Shown here in pieces: positions 57,544 to 64,000 of a stretch of DNA of 64,000 nucleotides (its first letter is position 1; every line of letters starts with the position of its first letter). Position numbers and translations under genes: made by a program. The stretch is from Candidatus Hydrogenedentota bacterium (GTDB taxonomy: Bacteria > Hydrogenedentota > Hydrogenedentia > Hydrogenedentales > SLHB01). The DNA is taken from NCBI GenBank assembly GCA_045863295.1, contig BTWA01000004.1, positions 1-64,000 of the forward strand, given 5' to 3'. The notes beneath the pieces were generated by a model. The model saw only the letters and a list, made by a program, of their open reading frames with translations, made no database searches and was not told the DNA's origin.

Positions 57544-58584
57544 ATGCAGACGAACAACGAATTGTCTCGCGATATCCAGAATCAAATAGACGACCTCACC
57601 AACCGTATTGCACGGGCACAAGGTTTGGATGAGGACGTGGCACGTGAATTGTATCAGCACATTGAAGACAAAGTCTTCGGCTATTTGTCCGGAGAAGTGC
57701 CCGTGAGCGAGGCGGATGCTATGTTACTTGCAGCCAAGCATTTCGGAAATGCACAAACAATCAAATCCCTCTTGGGCGACGTGCACCAGGCCGACGCCAA
57801 CCGTGTGTTCAATCGACGGCTTATCGCCGTGGCACTGGCCAGTTTTATCACGGTATATCTGCCCACCGTGCTGTCGCTGGTGGCCGTGCCTCTCTTCGCG
57901 GTCCTGTCGTTCGAGTCTTTCAACACCTACATTGCCGCATGGTCCATGGTACGCGTTGTCACGACCGGCATCGGTGTGTGGGCCATGTGGCGTTTGCTGC
58001 GTTTCTGGCAGGACAGGAAGGCCACAACGGGATCGGTTTGGTACGAGGACGCTCGCATGACAGTCCCCGCGGTGCTGTTGGTTGTCTTGTTCGCGGCGGT
58101 GCCGCTCAGGAGTATGGCGGACCACTACTTCATGACGGTCTCGGCACCCGATCCGGTGTTGACGCTCAACCCCGGCACGGGGCTTGTCACACTCATTGCG
58201 GCCGCCGCATCGTTTGGGCTTGCCATAGGCCATCTCATGCTTTGGCCGTGGTGGTGTGACCGTACCCCACGGATTCCACGCGTCGTCTACAAGACCTGCG
58301 GCTGGTCCGCCACCTGGCTATCCGGCATTGTGCTGATGAGCTCATTGGTTCGCGCGCAATATGCTCCAGAGGCCACATCAGTCAATCGCTCCCTTGAGGG
58401 TGCGCTTCAGATGCAGTTTGGCCCACAAGAATGGGTGATCGCCTCGCCGCTACAAGCCGCCTTCTGGACCAGTTTCGGAGCCGGTGTGCTCATGGCCGCC
58501 GCCCTGGGCATTGCCGCATGGGTCGGCTATCGGATATTGCGGCGCTTCTGGCATGGCGAAAAAGAATTACATATCGCTCACTAA
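57544..58584 (+). CDS. PadR-associated membrane protein 2 (paralog)
   Basis: ELYQHIED...EADA...HFG; WPWWCDR motif shared with paralog 1. Confidence 0.8.
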   Translation: MQTNNELSRDIQNQIDDLTNRIARAQGLDEDVARELYQHIEDKVFGYLSGEVPVSEADAMLLAAKHFGNAQTIKSLLGDVHQADANRVFNRRLIAVALASFITVYLPTVLSLVAVPLFAVLSFESFNTYIAAWSMVRVVTTGIGVWAMWRLLRFWQDRKATTGSVWYEDARMTVPAVLLVVLFAAVPLRSMADHYFMTVSAPDPVLTLNPGTGLVTLIAAAASFGLAIGHLMLWPWWCDRTPRIPRVVYKTCGWSATWLSGIVLMSSLVRAQYAPEATSVNRSLEGALQMQFGPQEWVIASPLQAAFWTSFGAGVLMAAALGIAAWVGYRILRRFWHGEKELHIAH

Positions 58585-58631
58585 GTTTGTGCGACCCTCG
58601 AAGCGGACGTAGTTCACCGGTAAGTCGCAAA

Positions 58632-59639
58632 CTACTTGCCGCGCTTCATCGCTGCAAACGCTTCGTATTGGTCCGTTGCGACAAAATCGACACCGGCCTC
58701 GATCGCGGCCTCCCACCGCACACGTGCGGCCTCCTCGGAACCGAAGTTGTATCCCGCGCCCCAGCCGCTGTTGGATGGCTCCTTAAACCCGTCCAGGGTG
58801 TAGAAGCGAATCCAGTAGCCGAGGGCATGGGCGTGATCGACAAGCGCCCTCAACCGCGCTTCTTCCTCGGGAGTCCAAGATTCCGCGACGCGCTGGCCGC
58901 CCATTTCGACCACGCTCCAGGGATGATTCCACCAGCGGCGATAGTTGGTCGCTTTCTCGGTCAACACGCGCGCGGGATCAAAGGTGACATTTTGCTTCGC
59001 TCGTTCCGCTCCGCTGAGACCTTCACCGTTCATGGGATTCGTTCGCGCCTGACCGAATACACGTAGCTTCGCGCCTACGGGCACTTCGTCGTGAAACACG
59101 CGCTGTTGCTCGGCGCCGCCGCCGGCCAACACCAACACTGGTCCCACGGTCAGCGGAGTCACCTCAGCCTCACGGGTTGTGCGCACGGCCGTCGTCAAAC
59201 ACGGCTCATACTCGCCCAGCACGTCCCAGATGGCCCGCACGTGTTCCGGTTCATCATCTTTGAAATCCAGATTCAACGTTACGAGGGGCCAATCCGTTCT
59301 GTCGCCGCTCGCCAGCGCCGTTTCCACGACGCCGCGAATACGCTCAAAGAAGTATTCCTTTAGCGTAGGCTCCTTGCCGTTAAACGGTTTGCCATGGGAG
59401 ACAATCGACCACGACTTCCCCGATCCGGGATCGGTATACCAGACGAGATCCTGTTCAATGGCCAGTGGCACGCCGGTTCCGAGAGCGCGGTCGATGCGAT
59501 CCGTCCACATACCGGTGTAGGGATAGCAGTTGTGCGCGTCGAGCAGCACGCGCTGGCCCGGCAGAAAATCTGCATGGGCGTACAGCGTGGAAATAGAAAC
59601 GGCCAACACGTTTACGGCAACCAGGTATGATCGAATCAC
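58632..59639 (-). CDS. Secreted PLC/GDPD-like phosphodiesterase-fold protein
   Basis: Signal peptide; DAHNCY, IEQDL, LDFK, GVDFVATDQY; GTG start at 59639 inferred. Confidence 0.65.
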   Translation of the reverse strand: MIRSYLVAVNVLAVSISTLYAHADFLPGQRVLLDAHNCYPYTGMWTDRIDRALGTGVPLAIEQDLVWYTDPGSGKSWSIVSHGKPFNGKEPTLKEYFFERIRGVVETALASGDRTDWPLVTLNLDFKDDEPEHVRAIWDVLGEYEPCLTTAVRTTREAEVTPLTVGPVLVLAGGGAEQQRVFHDEVPVGAKLRVFGQARTNPMNGEGLSGAERAKQNVTFDPARVLTEKATNYRRWWNHPWSVVEMGGQRVAESWTPEEEARLRALVDHAHALGYWIRFYTLDGFKEPSNSGWGAGYNFGSEEAARVRWEAAIEAGVDFVATDQYEAFAAMKRGK

Positions 59640-59743
59640 AGCGAACTCCCTCGCGCACCATGGGTGCGGACATCTCCACAAATGGCGTTAGCCCTTTTGA
59701 ACAAGGATATGCTGAACTGAGTTACGGCAAGATTAGGTCGCGT

Positions 59744-61117
59744 CTACTTGATATAGACAGTTTTGATATTTACCAACTCATGGATGCCATGCTGGCTCAA
59801 TTCCCGTCCGTAGCCGGAATCCTTGGTACCACCAAAAGGCAGCCGCGGATCCGATTTCACCAACTCGTTGACAAAGCAACTTCCAGCCTGCAATTCCTCC
59901 ACCGCGATACGTTCACCACGCGCAATATCCCGTGTAAATATGGCCGCTCCCAGTCCAAAAGGCGTGTCATTCGCCACAGCAATGGCGTCGGCTTCGTCGC
60001 TGGCCCGGATCAACGCGGCGACGGGACCAAACAACTCCTCATCAAACGCAGGCATTCCTTTTCGAACGTTGGTGAGTACGGAAGCCGGATAATACGCGCC
60101 CTCCCGTTTGGGAATCTCGCATCCCACCAACGGCTCGGCGCCCAACGCTATGCTCGAGTCGACTTGATTGTGCAAATCGTCGCGCAGGTCCAATCGCGCG
60201 AGCGGTCCCAGTCGGGTGGCCGGATCGAGCGGATCGCCCATTTCAATGGCTCGCATCCGTTCGACCATTTTCTGTTCAAACTCGTCGAACACGGCCCCCA
60301 CCGCGATGAACCGCTTCGCCGAAATACAGCTTTGCCCGTTGTTGATCATCCGGCTTGCCACCGCGGTTTCCACCGCCGCATCGACGTCCGCATCGTGCAG
60401 CACAATGAACGGATCGCTGCCTCCCAACTCCAAAACCGTCGGTTTGAGCGCATCGCCGGCAATCGATGCGACGGACCGGCCCGCGGGCGTGCTACCGGTG
60501 ATGCTGATCGACTTAACGATGGGATGCCGAATCACGCGCCCCACTTCCCCACTTCGAATCAGCACCAAACGAAATACATCCGCTGGAAAATCCGCGTCGC
60601 GAAAGAGCGCTTCGATGGCCAGCGCGCACCCCGGCACATTGCTCGCATGCTTCAGCACGACGCTGTTCCCCGCCATTAACGCCGGCGCGGCAAACCGGAA
60701 CACCTGCCAGAGTGGAAAATTCCATGGCATGATGGCAAGCAGCACACCAAGCGGCTGGTAGGTCACATAGCTCTTACGCGCGTCCGTCTCAACGATCTGC
60801 GGCGCAAGAAACGCCTCCGCGTGGCTGGCAAAATACTCGCACGCCCACGCACACTTCTCCGCTTCCCCCGTGCCCGCAGACACGGGTTTGCCCATCTCCA
60901 GCGCCATCAGGCGCGCCAGTTCTGGAGCCCTCGCTCTCAGCAGACTCGCCACCCGCCGCATCCATTCCGACCGCTGCGAGAAACTCGTTCGGCTCCACGG
61001 CTGTTGCGCCTCGGCCGATGCCGACAATATCGCATCGACATCGCTCCGGGTGTGGGACGGGTATTGCTGGATAGGCTGGCCTGTGGCTGGATTGATCGAT
61101 TGGATCATACCGGGCAT
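59744..61117 (-). CDS. NAD(P)-dependent succinate-semialdehyde dehydrogenase (Sad/GabD1-like)
   Basis: IMPWNFP, LKHASN, ITGS, LELGGSD, GQSC, EELFGP. Confidence 0.93.
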   Translation of the reverse strand: MPGMIQSINPATGQPIQQYPSHTRSDVDAILSASAEAQQPWSRTSFSQRSEWMRRVASLLRARAPELARLMALEMGKPVSAGTGEAEKCAWACEYFASHAEAFLAPQIVETDARKSYVTYQPLGVLLAIMPWNFPLWQVFRFAAPALMAGNSVVLKHASNVPGCALAIEALFRDADFPADVFRLVLIRSGEVGRVIRHPIVKSISITGSTPAGRSVASIAGDALKPTVLELGGSDPFIVLHDADVDAAVETAVASRMINNGQSCISAKRFIAVGAVFDEFEQKMVERMRAIEMGDPLDPATRLGPLARLDLRDDLHNQVDSSIALGAEPLVGCEIPKREGAYYPASVLTNVRKGMPAFDEELFGPVAALIRASDEADAIAVANDTPFGLGAAIFTRDIARGERIAVEELQAGSCFVNELVKSDPRLPFGGTKDSGYGRELSQHGIHELVNIKTVYIK

Positions 61118-61174
61118 TCCATGGTTGTGTTGATGAATAGTGCGACCGGACCAGTACGAAACCGCGGAACGGAT

Positions 61175-62182
61175 TTACCGTCCGAAACGAATCTTTTGCG
61201 CGCGATCCGAGAGCCACCCGCATTGAAACGCGAGGCGCTCCATCCAGTCGGAAGCCGGATGGCCCGCCACCATGCCGTTGTGCTGCAACCCTTGATAGGA
61301 TACCGTCGCAATGTGCTTCACGCCCACTGCGTAGTACAACGCCGCTTCTTCGTAGAATGAAAGGCTCCTGTGCTTGGAGTACCTTTCCAACAAAATCTCC
61401 GTGCGCTTTTCCAAACGTTCCAACCGCGTCGTCGTGCGAACGCACAGATTTGATATCGCATACGCGAGGTCTTCCAGGTAACAGCCGTCGCCGGCAAATT
61501 CCAAATCCACCACGGCGGCGAGCCGCTCTCCGCGAAAGATCAGATTGCCGCTGTGCCAATCGCCGTGGATAAGCCCCGTCTCGAACCGGTTGCGTTGCTC
61601 GAAGCTCAGCATCTCCCCCGCGTCGCGCAAGAACAACGCGATCCGGTTGCAGTGTTGGTTCACTTTGTCGGTGTCACCCTGGCCCTTTGCCAATTCATAG
61701 AATTGGGCAAAGACGGTGCGAGGCACTTCGCTGAACCGCCACATGCGCGCGTCCCGTTCGGGCCGGGGAAAATCCCGGCATACCTCGTGAAACCGGCCAA
61801 GGATTTGCGCTGAGATGGCCAGCGAGTCCTTGGCAACCACCATCGGCTCGCCTTCGACAAATTCCTGCAACTCCAACGCCCAGGAATCCTGCTCCACAAT
61901 GCGCTTGCCATTGGTCGACGGCTGAATCTTTGCCACCGGCACGCCATTAGACATCAGGTGATCCGACAGCCGGTGTTGAAACCGCAATTCGTCGAGCACA
62001 TACGGATCGCGCCGGTAGGTCTTCGCCAGAAACCGCCCCAACGCCGTGTTCACCACCAGCTTCCGGTGGCGCCGCTGGTGCGCCATCGGCATGTGCTCGG
62101 GCTTGTCGACACGGCCAAGGCTGTAATTCGCGCGAATTACATCCGCGATGAGATCGAGGCTGTCTTTGGCTTGGGCCGTCAC
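61175..62182 (-). CDS. APH/choline kinase-fold phosphotransferase (homoserine kinase type II-like)
   Basis: HGDWHSGN, VVDLE; GTG at 62182 overlaps the acylase TGA. Confidence 0.85.
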   Translation of the reverse strand: MTAQAKDSLDLIADVIRANYSLGRVDKPEHMPMAHQRRHRKLVVNTALGRFLAKTYRRDPYVLDELRFQHRLSDHLMSNGVPVAKIQPSTNGKRIVEQDSWALELQEFVEGEPMVVAKDSLAISAQILGRFHEVCRDFPRPERDARMWRFSEVPRTVFAQFYELAKGQGDTDKVNQHCNRIALFLRDAGEMLSFEQRNRFETGLIHGDWHSGNLIFRGERLAAVVDLEFAGDGCYLEDLAYAISNLCVRTTTRLERLEKRTEILLERYSKHRSLSFYEEAALYYAVGVKHIATVSYQGLQHNGMVAGHPASDWMERLAFQCGWLSDRAQKIRFGR

Positions 62183-64000
62183 GGGGCGGTTAATACCTTC
62201 TCCGACGCAATATTCGGGGTCAGCGCTTCCTTGCTCCACCACGTGGACTTCAGCTCGCGCTTGGAATACAACTTTTCACCCTGGTCCATGTAGTGCGGCG
62301 ATTCCGGGTCCGCGCTCTGGCCCCACGGGGTCACCGTCCAGGATTCCACCCGATCCGGATGGAATTGCATCAGCATCAGCGCCATCGTGCCGTTGTCCGC
62401 GATGTAATACCCCGGCTTCTCTTTGTCCTCCGAACAGCGCACGTCGAACAGCGTCTCGGAAAAATTGGGACCGGAAGTCGATCCGCCGAAGTCCGCGCCG
62501 GGCACTGGATAGTATTTGCCGCCCCGGCCGACGCGATGCACTTCGCCCCAGGCAATATCCCACTTCCCATATTTCGTCTTCATTTCGGCAATGGTATCGG
62601 ACAGCAACTGGAGGAACACGGCCTGATCCATGATGGCCAACTCTTCCCCGTTCCTGATCGCCCCGACATTCACCTTGTCGTTGCACTTCAACCGCCAGAA
62701 TTTGTACAGCACCGTGGCCGTCGCATCCGTTGTGAATTCGCCATCCCACGCCAGAATGTCCGTAACCGCCGCTGCGAACTCCGGATCCTTCATCTTTTCC
62801 GCACCCACGTTTTTCACGGCCGTGCGCAACGCGGATTGCCAAGGCGCAGCCAGCAAATCGTGAATGTCAGTCGCCAATGCCTTGGCTTCCTCGACCGTAA
62901 TGGAATCGTCGCCATGCAATACCGCCGTGCTGCGATCGCCGCGCGGGTTGGTCGTGTCCCACGATACGTTGTAAATGTAACTGGGATACTTGTCCGGCGT
63001 CATCGGCGAATCAACCATCATATTCGCCGGGCTGATGTTGCAATTCTGCATGTAGCCCGCCGCGGGATTGATCGCCTGCACCAGGTCCCCAATCGGGTGA
63101 ATGCCTTTCCATGCCGTGCGCGAAGAATCACCCGGCACCGGCGCGTTCCAGTCGTATCCTTCCGGACGAATCGGCGTCGCCCCGTTGCGCACGTAGCCAA
63201 TCGTGCCTTTCGTGTCGGCAAACATCAGGTTTTGTTCCATCAACTGAAGCATGCCGATGGCCTCGTACATCTCATCCGCGTCCTTGGCCATGCACATCTT
63301 GTAGGACTGCTCGAACAACTCGTATTTCTCAAAGTACGGCGACGCGCCGACAATCGCCGTCATCGTGGCCGTATCCGGCTCGCTCATCACCGGCCCAAGA
63401 TGCGTATACGCCGCGGGCCGCGTCACCGGTTCGCCGTCTTTCACGTTGATCTTGATCAATTTTACCTGCGCATTGCGCCATTCGCCGTCGTATTCGTATT
63501 TGGGAATCAACTTGTTGTCCAGGTTCACTTTGATCTTGTAGGCGTCGCCCGTGTCGGGTCCGCCCGTCGTGGGGGCAAAGCCCACATTCATGTTGTGGCC
63601 CAACCCCATCAACGGCGATCCCACCAGGAAATAGCCGTTCATGTGCAGATCGCCGCCATGCACGCGCGCTTCGTAAAATACGGCCAGCCCTTCCCAACTC
63701 AAGTGCGGATCGGTCAGCAGAAACGGGGTATTGTCCGCCGTGCGCGAAGGCGCCACGGACCACTCATTCGACTGCATCGGCGGACGCTGCGGATCGCCGC
63801 TGCGCTTGTCGTTCTTGATGTCATCCTGGATCGTGCCCAACGGCCACCGCATGATCATCGCGCGCCCGATGGTCAGAATGTGCCACGGCTCAATATCCAT
63901 CGCATGCGCGGGAACCTTATCCGGATGCTCCGTGCTGTACGCCTTCACGCCCGCCACGAAATTCGTCAGCATCGCCTGCAGGTTGGCCGGCAACTTGGCA
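62179..64000 (-). CDS. Penicillin/glutaryl-7-ACA acylase family Ntn hydrolase (5' end outside window)
   Basis: Beta-chain nucleophile SNEW, DPHL, QNCN, GQS..P.SPHY.DQ. Confidence 0.92.
   Translation of the reverse strand, partial: AKLPANLQAMLTNFVAGVKAYSTEHPDKVPAHAMDIEPWHILTIGRAMIMRWPLGTIQDDIKNDKRSGDPQRPPMQSNEWSVAPSRTADNTPFLLTDPHLSWEGLAVFYEARVHGGDLHMNGYFLVGSPLMGLGHNMNVGFAPTTGGPDTGDAYKIKVNLDNKLIPKYEYDGEWRNAQVKLIKINVKDGEPVTRPAAYTHLGPVMSEPDTATMTAIVGASPYFEKYELFEQSYKMCMAKDADEMYEAIGMLQLMEQNLMFADTKGTIGYVRNGATPIRPEGYDWNAPVPGDSSRTAWKGIHPIGDLVQAINPAAGYMQNCNISPANMMVDSPMTPDKYPSYIYNVSWDTTNPRGDRSTAVLHGDDSITVEEAKALATDIHDLLAAPWQSALRTAVKNVGAEKMKDPEFAAAVTDILAWDGEFTTDATATVLYKFWRLKCNDKVNVGAIRNGEELAIMDQAVFLQLLSDTIAEMKTKYGKWDIAWGEVHRVGRGGKYYPVPGADFGGSTSGPNFSETLFDVRCSEDKEKPGYYIADNGTMALMLMQFHPDRVESWTVTPWGQSADPESPHYMDQGEKLYSKRELKSTWWSKEALTPNIASEKVLTAP

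Overview
64-kb window from a GC-rich bacterium. The DUF1559/prepilin proteins carry 'REGIERFxITxIN...HVPGGxNVLxMDGH' motifs that suggest Candidatus Hydrogenedentes (inference). Positions 166-15537 (minus strand) hold a flagellar cluster: flgB-flgC-fliE-orf-fliF-fliG-fliH-fliI-fliJ-motE-like-fliK-flgD-TIGR02530-flgE | motA-motB-fliL-fliN-fliO-fliP. It has a sigma-54-type promoter, a Na+-type stator signature and no fliM. Directly upstream is a 1142-aa membrane protein with a TPR-like head, seven exact 77-aa coiled-coil repeats and an LRR domain. The rest of the window encodes: a Tat glycosidase-like protein, a Zn-ribbon/MshEN/HDOD protein, an MFS transporter, a CoA-transferase, a GH13 amylase, three DUF1559 genes, a korDABG operon ending in a degenerate HdrA-like flavoprotein, ankyrin proteins, tRNA-Glu and tRNA-Gln, groES-groEL (CIRCE plus sigma-54 motif), two head-to-head acyl-CoA dehydrogenases, an ECF sigma/anti-sigma pair, PadR with two paralogous membrane proteins, and an acylase-kinase-aldehyde dehydrogenase run. 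Best leads: (1) a conserved structured 5' leader on the DUF1559 genes, with a GAAA/UACG tetraloop swap and orphan Shine-Dalgarno motifs; (2) an 800-bp identical core in two DUF1559 paralogs with diverged flanks; (3) the 77-aa-repeat rod protein next to the flagellar operon; (4) Kor plus a Cys-stripped HdrA; (5) a ~200-bp MITE with four TIR motifs inserted at TTAG stop codons; (6) a hidden 40-aa sORF. All calls are from reading the sequence; no searches were run.
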